Shown here: positions 23,650 through 36,700 of the stretch, piece after piece
Layout of the letters: each line of letters starts with the position of its first letter
Position numbering within the stretch: position 1 is the stretch's first letter
NCBI RefSeq assembly: GCF_030144855.1
Contig: NC_082715.1
Span: forward strand, 127,286,001 to 127,350,000
DNA: 64,000 nt
From: Hypanus sabinus
Taxonomy: Eukaryota
Reading direction: 5' to 3'
The notes under the pieces: generated by a model
What the model was told of the DNA's origin: nothing
The model's input: the letters and a program-made list of their open reading frames with translations, nothing else
Database searches by the model: none
Position numbers and translations under genes: made by a program

Positions 23650-25995
23650 GAAGAGAAGTGAAAGGGGACATGAGATATCTCTGGCAAATAGGGAGAATCC
23701 TAAAAGATTCTCGAAGCATATTAAGAGCAAACTATTAGCTAGGGAGAGAATAAGCTCCTTAAGGAACAGTATAAGACATAGGAGCAGAATTAGGCCATTT
23801 GGCCCATTGAGTCTGCTCCGCCGTTCAATCGTGGCAGATCTTTTTTTATCTCCTCCTCAACCCCCTTTACCGGCCTTCTCCCCATAACCTTTGATGGCAT
23901 GTCCAATCAAGAACCTATCAATCTCTGCCTTAAATATGCCCAAAGACCTGTCTCCAGAACTGACATGGAAACAAATTCCACAATTAAGCCGCTCCACAAT
24001 ATTGTTGCCAATGTGTGAAGCCACGTGAGATGAGAGAAGTCTTAAATGAATATTTTTGGTTGTACTTGCCAGGGAGAAGGACATGGTGGATTTAGGAAAG
24101 TAAACAGTGATATGCTGAGACATATCAGCAAGATGAAGCAGGAGATGGGGAGGGCCTCGAGGCTCATAAAGATGGATAACTTCACAGGGTGTAACCTAGT
24201 GTGAAGCAAGGGAGGAAATTGCCGGGGCTCTGGCAGAGATTTTTGTATCTTTCTTCGTAATGGGTATGCTCCTTAGACCGGAAGATTGGAGGATGGTAAA
24301 TGATGAAGAATCTTTTTCTAAGAAGGACAACAAAAGCATTTTGAGGAAATACAGGCCAGTGAGCTGTTGCTGGAAGTGATTCTGAGAAACAGAATTTATT
24401 TGAACTTCGATAGGCAATGGCTGGTTAAGGGCAGTAAATATGGCTTTGTTCCTGGTAGGTACTTTCTCACTAATTTGATGGAGATTTTTTGGGGGGAGGG
24501 GCAACCAAAAGGACAGATTAGGGCAGGGCAGTGGACATTGTCTTCAAGAACTTTTACAAAGTCTTTGTAAAAATTCCATTTGTCATCAAGGGTGAGGTAG
24601 CTGAGGGGCTACAAAATTGGCTTGGTGGTAGGAGGCAGAGGTAATAGAAGAGTATTTCTTTTCAGGTTGGATCTCCGTGACCAGTGGCATTCCACAGGGA
24701 TCGGGGCTGGCTCCTTTTTTGACCATCGTATATGCTAATAATTTGGAAGAAAATATACAGTATATAGCAAGTATGCAGACATTACCAGCATTAGAGGAAT
24801 GGTGGACACAGAAGAGGGTTGTCTCAGGTTACAACAGGATCTAGATAAACTAGAAAAATGGGCAAGGGAATGGTTGATGGAATTTTACTCTGATAAGAGT
24901 GATATAGACAGGGTAAATGCAAGCAGGCTTTTTCCACTGAGGTTGGGTGGGACTACAACTAGAGGTCAAGGGTTAAGGGCAAAAGATGAAGTGTTTAAGG
25001 GGAGCATGAGGGGAAACTCAGAGGGTGGTGAGAGCGTGGAATGAGCTGCCAGTGCAAGTGGTGTATGTGAGCTCGATTTCAATGTTTAAGAGAAGTTTGG
25101 ATAGGTATATGGATGGAAGGGGTCTGCAGGGCTACGGTCCTGGTGCAGGTCGATGGGACTTGTCGGTTTAAATAGTTTGGTAGGGTCTAGGTGGGCCAAG
25201 GGGCCTGTTTCTGCACTGCACTTTTCTATGACTCTAAGTGCGAATTGATGTATTTTGGGAAGTTAAATCAAGCCCAAACATACTCAGTGAAAGATAGGGT
25301 TCCAAGAGTCTTACTGAACAGCACAACCTTGGGTTATAAATACATAGTTCCTTAAAAGCAGTGACACAGCTAGACAAAGTAGTAAAGAAGACCTATAGCT
25401 TGATTGGCATTTATCGGCCAAAGTAAGGTATAGGAGTTGTCACAGCGGTAGGAATTGTTGGTTAGGCCTCACTGTGTAAAGTTCAGGGCACCAGGCTATA
25501 GAAAGGATGTGACTAAGGAAGAGAAGGTGCAGGAAAGATTCACTAGAACATTTCCTGGACTGCAGGACTTGAGTTATCAGGAGAGATAGGATCGGCTAGG
25601 ACTGCTTTTCCTGGAGTGAAGGAAGCTGAGGGCTAACCTTATGGAGAGTTGTAAAATTATGAAGCTTAGACAGTCACAGTGTTTTTTTTAACCAGGGTAG
25701 GGCTGTGGGTGGCAAAATCCAAAGGGCATAAATTTAAGGTTAAAGGGGTAAGATTTAAAGGAGGTATGAGGAGAAAGGTTTTTGCATAGAGGGGGTGAGT
25801 ATATAGAACAAATTGGCAGAGGAAGCTGAAGCGGTGGGTAAAGTTATAAGGTTTCAAAAATATTTGAAGAGGTTCATGCACAGGGAAGAACAATATAGTG
25901 AAACACAGCTAAATGAGATTAGCATGGATAGGCATCTCAGTTGGAATGGACGAGAAGGGCTGAATGGTCTGTTTGTTGAGCTGTACAATTCTAGG
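23650..25995 (+). mobile_element. Decayed CR1 LINE ORF2 with nested CR1 tails (about 23770-23985 minus; about 24900-25235 plus)
   Basis: PEDWR, YRPVS, YGFVPGR..LTNLME, PQGS.L.P, KYAD.T, LQQDLDKLEKWAREWLMEF motifs. Confidence 0.85.
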
Positions 25996-26029
25996 AATGT
26001 CCGACTTTAGGTCAACTGCCACACTGGAG

Positions 26030-26585
26030 TCTCATTAGTGTCTAGTGTAGAACATGGGGACTGCTGCGCTGCTGGAAATGCAGACGTTAGATCAGATGTT
26101 AAGTTGATGTAAGATGATCCCATTGTATCATTTCAGTGAAGGTGCGTTGGACCTGTTCCAAGCGTAGTGGTTAGCACAACGATTCACAGTACTTGTGCCA
26201 TGGGCTCATCTGCCGCTGCTGCCTGTAAGGAGTCTGTATGTTCTCCGAGTGGGTTTCCTCCGGGTGCTCCGGTTTCCTCCCACTGACCAAAGATGTACCG
26301 GTTGGGAGGTTAATTGGCCATTGCAAATTGTCCTGTGATTAGGCTGGGATTAAATCAGGTGACTGCTGGGTGGCATGTGTTGATGGGACAATTCTGTACT
26401 GTATCACAATAGATAAGTAACTTGATGTTGACATTCAACGATTTGTAAACAGATTACCTGGTCATCATGGTTTTGCTGTTGGTTGAGCCATGGCTGCACG
26501 GTGGCTGCAGTGCTTTCTCTCCGACAATTCAAAGGAATTTCATTGGGTGTAATATGTTTGGGGCTATTCTGGAAAGGACTTAAAG
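26030..26585 (+). mobile_element. DeuSINE/SacSINE-type SINE split by an HE1-type SINE (about 26160-26410)
   Basis: 5' part ctgctgcgctgctggaaatg..gatgttaa..gatccc; 3' part aaacagattacctggtcatcat..tgctgtt; insert has gtgggtttcctccgggtgctccggtttcctccca. Confidence 0.55.
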
Positions 26586-27059
26586 ATGCTAAATAAATTC
26601 CAGTCATCCCTTATGGTATCGTTTTTCACAACCAAGTGGCAAATCAGTCATGCGTATACTCTGCTGTCGCCAGTCCCAAGCAGTCCAATTATAGCTTTTC
26701 CAATGTGTGTCTCTCTATCCAATGAGAGCTAGTAATTTAATTTTACCTCAGGCACCTTGAAAATTGGAGCTGCTTGGCTCTATCACAACCTAGAGGGTTT
26801 TATTTTGCTTTGAAGTGAAGCTATCATTTGAATTTATCATGCATTTTTTGCATGAAGCGACCGCTCATTCATCTTCAGAACGACTTCATTATTTTCCAAT
26901 TGAGGGAAGCTTCCCCTCAGCTTTCTCGTGCCTTTGCTGGCAGGAGAGTAATGTGTTGCAGGGCCCTGTTAATATTTTCACCCGTTAGGAAATGCAGGAG
27001 AATAAAGTTTTGCCCTCATCCTCAATCACAAGTAAGATCTGGCTTATCAGCATTGGCTT

Positions 27060-27360
27060 GGAGCAGCTGAGCAGGCAGAGTTTCTGCTTCCTCGCTTCAG
27101 GAGATGACTGTGTGGAATTTGCTCATCCTTCCTCTGCATGGCCATTCCAATTTCTTTCCACATCCCGAGAAACGTGGCTTGATAGGTTAATTAGAAACTG
27201 TAAATTACCCCTAGTACGCAGGTGAGTGGTAGGCTCGGATGGGAGTTGATGGAATTATGAGGGAATGAAATGGGATTGGTGCGGGATCAATGCAGATGGA
27301 GGCTTGGTTATCAGCATGGACTTTGTAGCCAAGGGGCTGTTTACATGCTGTATGTTTCTA
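27060..27360 (+). mobile_element. HE1-type SINE
   Basis: ctgtgtggaatttgc, ccacatccc, ggttaatt..tgtaaattacccctagt motifs. Confidence 0.6.
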
Positions 27361-28499
27361 TCAGTCGTTCAACTGTTGGTAAATTGGTTGATTACAGGGT
27401 ACAGTGAAAAACTTTGTTTTGCATGCCCTCCATTCAGATCACTTCATCACATCAGTGCATCGAGGCAGTGCAAGGGATACACAATCAGTTAATTGTTCTG
27501 CATTCAATGGGAAGACCTAGTAACATCTTCTGATACCCAAGTCTAGTCATATATTATTTTGATTAATCAAAGATCTCTCTGCACTCTTCACAGACCTAGG
27601 AGTAATCAATACCTAGGCACTGATCTTAGCCACTAAGGTACTTTGGGCAAGTGTTCTGACGTAGTAAAGCATTTTCTACAGATCCTTAAGTAATGGGCAT
27701 CTTTCAGAAGTAACTGATCCCTTTTAACCTGACACACCAGCACCAAGATCTTTAATTATAAAATTCGCTCCAGAAGGACAGTAAGTTCTCGAGAGAGACA
27801 GATCCAGAGCTAAAGAATGAAGTGTCATGCTGTGAGAAATACTCATTCTTTTCATGCAATGAAGACCATTTGACCCATTGAGCTTATGCCAGCCCTTGGA
27901 GCACTCACATACTCCTGATCTTTACTTACTTCACTGTCACCCAATTGGTCGCACATATCCATCATCTCACACTCCATCCCGCCCCCAACAACTTACCCAT
28001 CGCCCACCTGCACTGGGAGCTAAAGAATATAGAGTGGTACGGCACAAGAACTGGCTATGCCGGACTAATTAAATGACTAACTAAACTAATCCCTTCTGCC
28101 TGCAGAGTCCATATCATATACTCATTTATATGCCTATTTAAGAGCATCTTAAACAACTCCCTCATTTTTACCTCCACTACCACAGTCTGAGTAAAACGCT
28201 TGCCCTCGATATCTCTCACTTTCAATGCATGACCTTTTACATGATGGTTGATTGCGGCCAATTAATCCACAAGTCCATCTTGGTGATGTGGATCCAAACT
28301 GAAGCTCTTTCGTGGAAGCCCGTGCTGACTCACGGAGATCTTGCAAACGCCATACAGACAGCACCTGAGGTTGGGATTGAACCCGAGTTACTGGAAGGGT
28401 GAACAAGCAGCCCTACCAGCCGCATCACCACGCTTCCCTGTGGAATTTTGTGGTGGACTTTGTGTTGATCAAGATTCAAGATTCAAGCACATTTATTAT

Positions 28500-28780
28500 A
28501 AAAGAATGTATAAATTTTACACACAAAGTTGCACTGCAGATGCTGTGGTCAAAGCAACACGTACAAACAAGCTGGAGGAACTCAGCAGGTCGGGCAGCGT
28601 CTGTGGAAATGAGCAGTCAACGTTTTGGGCCGAGACCCTTCGTCAGGACTGAAGAGGGAGGGGGCAGGGGCCCTATAAAGAAGGTGGGGGGAGGGTGGGA
28701 AGGAGAAGGCTGGTGGGTGTCAGGTTAAAAACCAATCAGAGGAAAGATCAAGGGGTGGGGGAGGGGAAGCAGGGAGGGGA
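28500..28780 (-). mobile_element. Penelope-like terminal repeat inserted in a Rex1/Babar-tailed element (about 28470-29120)
   Basis: Near-identical to the arm at 60133-60260; hammerhead motif at 28614-28651 has lost G12 (AAAAC). Confidence 0.7.
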
Positions 28781-29214
28781 CAACCTTGAGATTAGCCTGC
28801 TCACAGGTAGCCTCAAAGCAAGAAACCCGAAAGAACCCAATTAAAGAAAAAAAAAGAATAAAAATAGAAATAAAAGACCAACACTCGATGTGCAAAAGAA
28901 AAAAAACACTAATCATGCAAACAATTCAAGCAAACGACAGCATCCCAAACCAAAACTGAGTCCTCAGATCCAAACATCAGAGCAGCCTGGAGTAGGCCCA
29001 AAGCCTTGCTTATCAGTTCATCATGCTAGCAGGCACAGAGCACAGCAGCCAGGGCAATCTTCATAGCCTCAGCACCATGGAGATAACCATCACAGAGAAC
29101 GAGTGAAATTGGCTCTTGTTTCGACCATGGATGATGTGTGAGTTATGTGTCCATATGAAAGGAGTTTGAGAGGCAAGGTACTTTTGTGTGGTCGCAGATC
29201 CGCTATCATAATCA

Positions 29215-29980
29215 GACTTCAGTTATATTACTTGCACAAATACTGACAAGTAACCATTGAGCAAATGAAGACAACCAGTACAAATACAAAAAAAAATCAG
29301 TCGATCACTTAATCGATAAATAAATATTGTTGAATATCTGTGTTGTTGAGTCCTTGAAAATCAGTCCATAGGTTGTGGAGTTAGTTCAGTACAGAGGTGA
29401 CTGAGCCTGATGGTTGGAAGGTAATAACTGTTGTTGAACCTGATGTTGTGGCTCCTGTGCCCCCTTCCCAAAGGCAGCTATGAGAAGGGAGAATGGCCTA
29501 GGTGGTCATGGACTTTGCTTTCTTATGGCAGTGGCCCTTATAGATGTGCTCAATGGTGGGGAGTGATTTTCCCATGATGGACTGGGCTGTATCCACTACT
29601 TTTCGCAGGCTTTTCCGTTCTTGGGTATCAGTGTTCCCTACTGGGCCATGGTGCAACCAATCAGGATTCTTTCCACCGCGCATCCATAGAAGTTCGTCAA
29701 AGTTTTAGGTGTCATGCCAAATTTGTGCAAACTTCTAAGAAAGTAGGGGTGCTGCTGTGCTTTCTTTGTAATGGCACTGAAGTGCTGGTCCCAAGAATGA
29801 TAACGCTGAAGAATTTAAGGTTATTGACTCCCTCCTAGGGACTGGCTGATAGACCCCTGGTTTCTTCCTCCTGTAGTCGATAACCATATCCTTTGTTTTG
29901 CTGATGTTGAGTGAGAGGTTGCTGCTGTGGAACCATTCAACCAGAGATACAGTCTCCCTCCTATACGCTGTTTCTTCACC
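29215..29980 (-). mobile_element. Rex1/Babar LINE 3' fragment
   Basis: EETAYRRE..LVEW..SNLSLNISKTK.MVIDYRR; LRKVVDTAQSIMGKSLPTIE. Confidence 0.85.
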
Positions 29981-30804
29981 ATGCATGGCTTTTGATGGCA
30001 TTCATTAAAACATTGTGGAGGTGAAGAGTGACTTCTGTTTGTTTTTTGACATGCTCAAAATCAGCTGCTGAATCTCTGTGAGATCAGAACCCATTCATGA
30101 CCCTGGGGACAGACAGTGTCTTGCTTCAGAAGATTATGAGACTCTTTAACGTTCAAGCCTCATGGCCCCGTGGGCATATCTCTGTTTGCTACTGCACCAG
30201 TTTTCGACGGAGTTATGTTAAGGTGTGTATATTCAGCATGCTGCCTTAATAATCACAAGATTAGCATTTAGGAAGCAGAGAATAGGGGACTGAACTCTTA
30301 GGAAAACGTATGCAGGTGGTTCACATGTCAGGAGACGGGGTGATGACCTGACTGTTGTTTTAAATGGTATTATTCCTTACTTGATTAAGAAGGCCCCAAA
30401 GGAGGATATCCAATGTTTGACTGTGTTGTCCACTACGAGCACAAAATTGGGAGGGTTACAAGGTCCTTGGCTGGAATCGGCAAGTCCGCTTTTTCCTCTA
30501 TAGATGGTGTATGACCTGACGCGTAGTTGCAGTAATTCAGTGGAGATTCACAAAACAGGAATGATCAGTGGAAGTGAGCTATTGAAGGTAAAGTATTATC
30601 AAAGATTGTGTTCAGACTTAAATCAAGAAACGACGAGGACACTGCAAATTGACAGTAAGGAAAGAGACCTAAAATCAACTCAGCAGACCTTGCAGAAGGT
30701 TTATCGTCACTGCGGATCTTTCATTAGATCAGTCAGCATCGGTGCATCTGAAGATCATCTTTCATCAAAACTGGAAGAATTTAAAGACAAGATTTCAGCT
30801 CATC

Positions 30805-31622
30805 TCTGAACTGATTCCTCAAACGATGAACTCACTTTCAAAGACTCTACAAGTCATGTTCTCTGTATTATTTATTTATTCATTTGCCGAGTTTGGCTTG
30901 TTTATGCACTTTGGCTGTTTGTTCCACACTGAGGGATCAGAAGTGGAGAGAGTGAGCAATTTCAAGTTCCTGGGTGTCAATATCTCCCAGGATCTAACCT
31001 GGTTCCAACGCATCAATGCACCTATAAAGAAGGCAAGACAGCGGCTATATTTATTAAGAGTTTGAGATTTGGCTTATAACCTAAAGTACTCAACAACTTC
31101 TATAGATGTTGCGTGAAGAGTATTCTGACAGGCTGCATCACTGTCTCGTATGGAGTTGGGGGAGAGGGGTTACTGCACAAGATCAAAAGAAGCTAAAGAA
31201 AGTTGTAAAATTAGTCAACTCCAACATGGGTACTAGCCCCCATAGTATCCAAGACATCTCCAAGGAGTGGTGCCTCAGAAAGGCAGCATCCATTATTAAG
31301 GACTCCCATCACCAAGACCTCTTCTCATTGTTACTGTCAGGGAGGAGGTACAGGAGCTTGAAGGCACGCACTCAATGATTCAGTAACAGCTTCTTCCCCT
31401 CTGCATTCCGATTTCTAAATGGACATCGAACTCCCCTTTTTTATTATTTCTATTTTTGCACTATTTTTAAATTAACTATTTAGTATACGTATATAGTTAC
31501 TACAATCGATGTATTTATTTAATTATTTTATCTATATTATCAGGTATTGCATTGAACTGCTACTGTTAAGTTAATAAATTTCATGACACATGCCAGTGAT
31601 AGTAAACCTGACTCTGATTCTG
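30805..31622 (+). mobile_element. Rex1/Babar 3' UTR piece followed by a Rex1/Babar 3' fragment
   Basis: VERVSNFKFLGVNISQDL; KAASIIKDSHH..LFSLL.SGRRYRSL; ctgactctgattctg tail. Confidence 0.85.
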
Positions 31623-31729
31623 TCAGTCTTTGGTTCAAAGGTTCATTTATTACCAAAGTATACAACTTTGAAATTCTTCAATTCTTCAGGTAACCATGAA
31701 ACCAAGAAAGAAAAGAAAGGCAGTAGGAT

Positions 31730-31965
31730 CATCAACCCCCAAATCCCCCCCTCCCCATTAAAAAGAGAGGAAAAAAAGAACAAAATGGATCAGGCGCATT
31801 GACCCTCAGATCCCCCCCTCCCGCACAAAAAAATGAACAAAAATGGAACAGGCACATTATCCCCCAAATCCCCCTCCCCTGTACAAAAAAACAAACAAAA
31901 TGGAAAAAGCACATGGCCTCCAAATCCCCCTCCCCCTGCACAAAAAAAACGGGGGAAAAGAGGCT
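31730..31965. repeat. Tandem repeat, about 4 units of about 60 bp (C-tract/A-tract)
   Basis: ccccaaatccccc..cccc..caaaaaaa..aacaaaatgga units at about 31736, 31803, 31861 and 31917, inside a retroelement tail. Confidence 0.8.
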
Positions 31966-32404
31966 AGACTGCGCAGGCACGTGACGTAGAGCGCCAAAGG
32001 TTTTAAAAAAAAGACCGCCATATACAGCGGGCGGGGGGGACTTTGGGGTTCTAACATTTAACTGTCATTCATTCTTTGGGGCACTCCTCTGTTTTTGTGA
32101 ATGTTTGCAAAGAAAAAGAATTTCAGGATTTATATTGTATACATTTCTCTAACCTATTGAAATAAATAGTCCAAAAAACAAACAGCCACCTGTTCAAGGC
32201 TTCATGGACCATTCTGAAATCTGATGGTGGGGGGGGGGGGGAAGAAACTGTTCCTAAAATATTGTGTGTGTTTTCAGGATCCTGTGCCACCTCCCCAGTG
32301 GTAGCATTGAGAAGAGGGCGTGTTCTGGTTGCTGAGAGCTCTGAATGATAGATGCTACCTTCTTGAGACAGTGTCTCTTGAAGATATTCTTTGATGGTAT
32401 AGAA

Positions 32405-32483
32405 CAGGGGCTCCAACCTGGAGTCCACAGGTCCCTTGCCTAATGGTATTGGTCCATGGCATAAAAAGGGTTGGGGAACCTTG
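32405..32483. mobile_element. Short hAT/Charlie-type MITE within a Rex1/Babar fragment (about 32150-32550)
   Basis: Imperfect TIRs caggggctccaacc ... ggttggggaaccttg; TSD not preserved. Confidence 0.55.
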
Positions 32484-33756
32484 GTGCACGGGATTGCACC
32501 CATGATGTTACTGACAGGGTCTACAAACCCCTGCAGCCTCTTGTGATCATGTGGAGTACAACACCATTGTCCCTGCTTCCTCTCCGCATATATCTCTTCC
32601 TGTCTCCCCTAATCAAACCCTCCCATGTGCCTTTCTTCTTCATTAATCATCTTAGATACCATCACCCTCATCCCCTGATGTGGCCACAAGACCTATATTC
32701 TCACCTCCATGTCGCAGGGTCACATGGCACCTGAAGGACTCACGGCAGAGGATGCAATTCCCCATTCAAACTTAGACCAGATAGTTACCTCTGGACAACA
32801 GCCAACATAAACACAATGGGATAAGTGGCCTCCCGGTGAGTCTAACACTTTTAGCCCTCTTCTTCATTAAAAGAACTCCGTTCCAGATATCGCAAGGTAA
32901 AATAATCTTAGAGCAGACCAAACTGAGTGCAGGATGAAATAGTTTGTCTTGTGCCAATATTATGATTAGACTGGAAGCTTATTTGTGAAGCCTCTATTGA
33001 AGCTTTAACAGCTTGAGATACCATAACCATCCCTCCTAGACATCAGGAAATTAGATTGTACTTTTGTTTCCTAAGCATTCCTATCTTAAAGCAAATAATG
33101 TTTTATCAGTTTACATGAGACCTGAGGAGGAGGTCATTGTTCATTTAATCAACAAGAAATTTTATCGGCCCCATAACAATATTCAGTTTAGTTGGCATTT
33201 TTATTTGGTTTCTGCAGCCTATTTATGACAGATCATTTCAAAACCACATCCTGGTTACATGGCTAATATGCTTGTAATATGTATGGCTTCTAGAGTGATG
33301 GCACTGACCTTTTCGTAAACCCGTGTCTGCTTTACATCAGCTTTGAGTCACACGGCAGAAAAATATGCCCTTCAACCCGGCTGGTCTATCGGAACCATCT
33401 GCAATTTAAGCAAGTGGAGGTAGGGGGAGGACGGCTTGATGGGTGAGGGGAAATGCAGGGGAGCCACAGGGGAGATTCAGTGACTGAAAGGGTTACGGTG
33501 TAAGGCAAAACGGTTCGTACTGAGACCAGCTGGTGATTATTATCAATGGTAGAGATACTGAACATTGAGGGCACAGGTTGCGAAATCCAACAACTGAAAT
33601 TGTCCAACGAGTTTGCATCTGGTCAGCAAATTGGGAAACTAAGTGCTGCTTCTTGAGCGTTATTTGAATAGAGTAGGAAACCAAACTTGGGATCACCTCT
33701 GAGAGCTGAAGAGAGGAGGCCTTGAAGTGGTAACTCATGGTCTTCCCAATGCAGAG

Positions 33757-36700
33757 CAGTGGTTCCCAAACTTTGTTGGGTTACCAACTCCTTTGCTCCA
33801 AGACAGCAACCACAGTAACCCCCTCCCTCCCTTTCTGGACTTTACATAAAAACTATAAAGGATTTTGATTTATGATGCACAGCGAAAGAAAATAGGTACT
33901 GCAAATCCAAAGCAGTAACAAATAATTGCAAAAATATTTCTAATCTATTTAATGCTACCAATACATTATTTCTTTAGAATAAAAACAATTTTTATCAATG
34001 TTAGAGCCTGCATTAGTAATCCAACTATTCACTGCTTCTTTGCTTTTTCACCTTTCAATGAGATGGATGGGCTTGTGCAGTGATTTTGCACAGCTATCTT
34101 AACATCAGGCTGAGCTGAATGTTACTCAGGAGGAGTCTCAGATTCTCCACATTTGGTAACTTGCAGTCTGTTCCGTTGCCTTGAAAGAAGTTGGATGATG
34201 GCATTGAAACTGTTCTCCACTATATATGATGTTGGAAAGGCAATAAAGGAAACCTTGGCATTTTTCAACATTGTAGGGGAGTGTTCAGAGACTTCTTTCT
34301 GGAACCAAAAATCTTAATATCGTTTTTTGAACCTCGGCTTCAGCTCAAAGTCATTTTGTAGTGAGATCAGTTCTTCCTCCATCTTCTAGTTAATTCTTCA
34401 CTACAAGTGCTCAGGAATGGATTTATTGCCCAATCTGGAATTTGGATCACGAGAAGATCCTGAAATCTCTCGGACATGTCTTCATGTGTCTCACCCAGGT
34501 GGGAACAGTGCTCTTGAAGATCATCTGGTATTCTTTCTTTCTCTTACAACTCAGTGGTTAGGAAATTGGAGAAGATCGTGGGATCAATGTTGCACTTAAA
34601 TAGGGTTTACTTGGACAATCAGAATCAGATTTAATATCACTGGCATATGTCATGAAATTTGTTAACTTTGCACCAATGCAATATATGATAATAGAGAAAA
34701 AAGCTAATTACTGTAAGTACATATATCAAATAGTTAAATTAAATATGCAGTGCAAACAACAGGAAATAAGAAAAGTCGTGAGGCAATGTTCACGGGTTCA
34801 ATGTCCTTTCAGAAATCAGATGTCAGAGGGGAAGAAACTGTTTCTGAATCATTGAGTGTGTGCCTTCAGGCTTCTGTATCTCCCACCTGATGGTGGCAAT
34901 GAGAAGAGGGCAAGTGCTGGGTGTTGGAAGTCCTTAATAATGGATGCCGCCTTTCTGAGGCATTGTTCCTTGTGGATGAGCTGGATACTCATGTAGGTCT
35001 ATAGTTGCTACTACTTGTGATAGACCTGGCTAATTTTACAACTGTGGAGGTGACTGATTTGATTTTGGTAAGTTTCACATCATTTCCTTGCAATTGAAGA
35101 TTAATTTAATTAAACTTCCCATATAATTCTAACAAATAACCAATGTCATGTCTAATATTCTTGAGTTGATTACTGAATGAAGCATTTGAATCTTCAAAGA
35201 ATGTTATCATAGTTTCAAAAATACATAAAAGCGTCTTGAGCAGTTTCCTTTTGAGAGCCACCTGACTTCTGTGTGCAACAGCGAGCATTCAAACTGTTCA
35301 TCATTCTCAACGCAACGCTCTTGAAATAGTCAAAAATTCAATGCATAGGACTTGATATTACTTACCTCTGTAATAACAGTACTTCATGATTTCTGCAGCC
35401 AATCACTTTGATTTTTTGCAACAATATGTTGTCTGTGAATTACACAGGGAATGGTATATATGTTAGGTACAGCTTTTTTTCAAGGAATTAATAAATCCAC
35501 ATTGACATCCTGTCATTGATGGCATCCTTTCTGTTGCACAAATTGTTGGTGAACAAATATCCTCTTTGGAAAATTATTCAACTACACAAAATACTGACTC
35601 CCCTTTATATCCGTTTCTAGTCCCCTTGCAAATAACAACTCCAGCACCATGTTTTCAACTTTTAAGAAGCAAACTTAACTAAGAAGCAAAGATTTATTAA
35701 CTGGCAAAGTTGACTCATCCACCTGCAGAGCAAATTCTGTTGTCCTAGGTATGTTCCTCAATGTGACTTCCGCATTGCCAGGTATTTCATCTATTCATAT
35801 TTGAACAGAGTTGTCGCTGAGTGGAATCACTTTAATTATTTGGTCTGGTGACAAAACCGTGCTCAGAACCTCCCTTGCTGCTGGCAGAGTCAACTCTTCC
35901 CCAAATGAGTGGGGCTTTCCAGATTCAACAATGAGCAATAAAATTTTGCATGAAGCATGCAAACCATCACCATTTTGTCGTGAATGATGGGATGTGTGTT
36001 CTGAATTGTTTTACGTTTCTGAAAGTTTTCACAAAGCGACTGAAAATAAGCCAAGTTCTTGTTTGTTTTATCAGAGAGTAGTGTCCTCAAATGTTCAAGG
36101 AGTCTGGGTGGTTTCATTGCCTCATTTGAAAAAAACCTTCTCACACAACGGACACATGAGTTGCTGTTAGTTGGTTGGTGATGGCATAAATTCTTATTTC
36201 AGATTCTCTACACCATACTGTCTACACATTTTTTTCTTTTGTTCTACTTCTGCCATTTTCATTTTGGATTAATGACCACAGTCAGTCACCTATTGTTTAA
36301 GTCCAACTTCAATAAAAGGGAAAGCGTTGACGTCTTGATAGCTCAAGCAAAACATCGGTCTCTGCTGAAGGTATGTAAGGGGGGCAGCAATATCTCAGAT
36401 GGGCCATGGGCAGGAGCAATATAGTCAAGGTTTTTTTCCAAAGGGCAGATTCTGAACTTTACCCAGTCAAACAGCACTCCCTAATTCATAGCAAATGCAT
36501 CACTGTGTGATTAGAGTATGGAAATCATACCAGATTAACACTGTACCACAGTAGTGATTGGCAATAATGCACAGGCCGGGCCAAGAAATAACACAATCTC
36601 TTCAGTCCAGATTTCTCATGATATGCCAACTACAGAAGTGACACATTGCTTTTTTAACAACTTTAAGCAAAGTCTAAAAGAAGAGCAAGAAATGAGATGA

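Noticed and set aside
26160-26215. tRNA gene
   Set aside because: Only a decayed tRNA-derived SINE head; no cloverleaf.
30330-30365. RdRp motif C (GDDLTVV)
   Set aside because: No recognisable motif A or B upstream; a tripeptide match is expected by chance.
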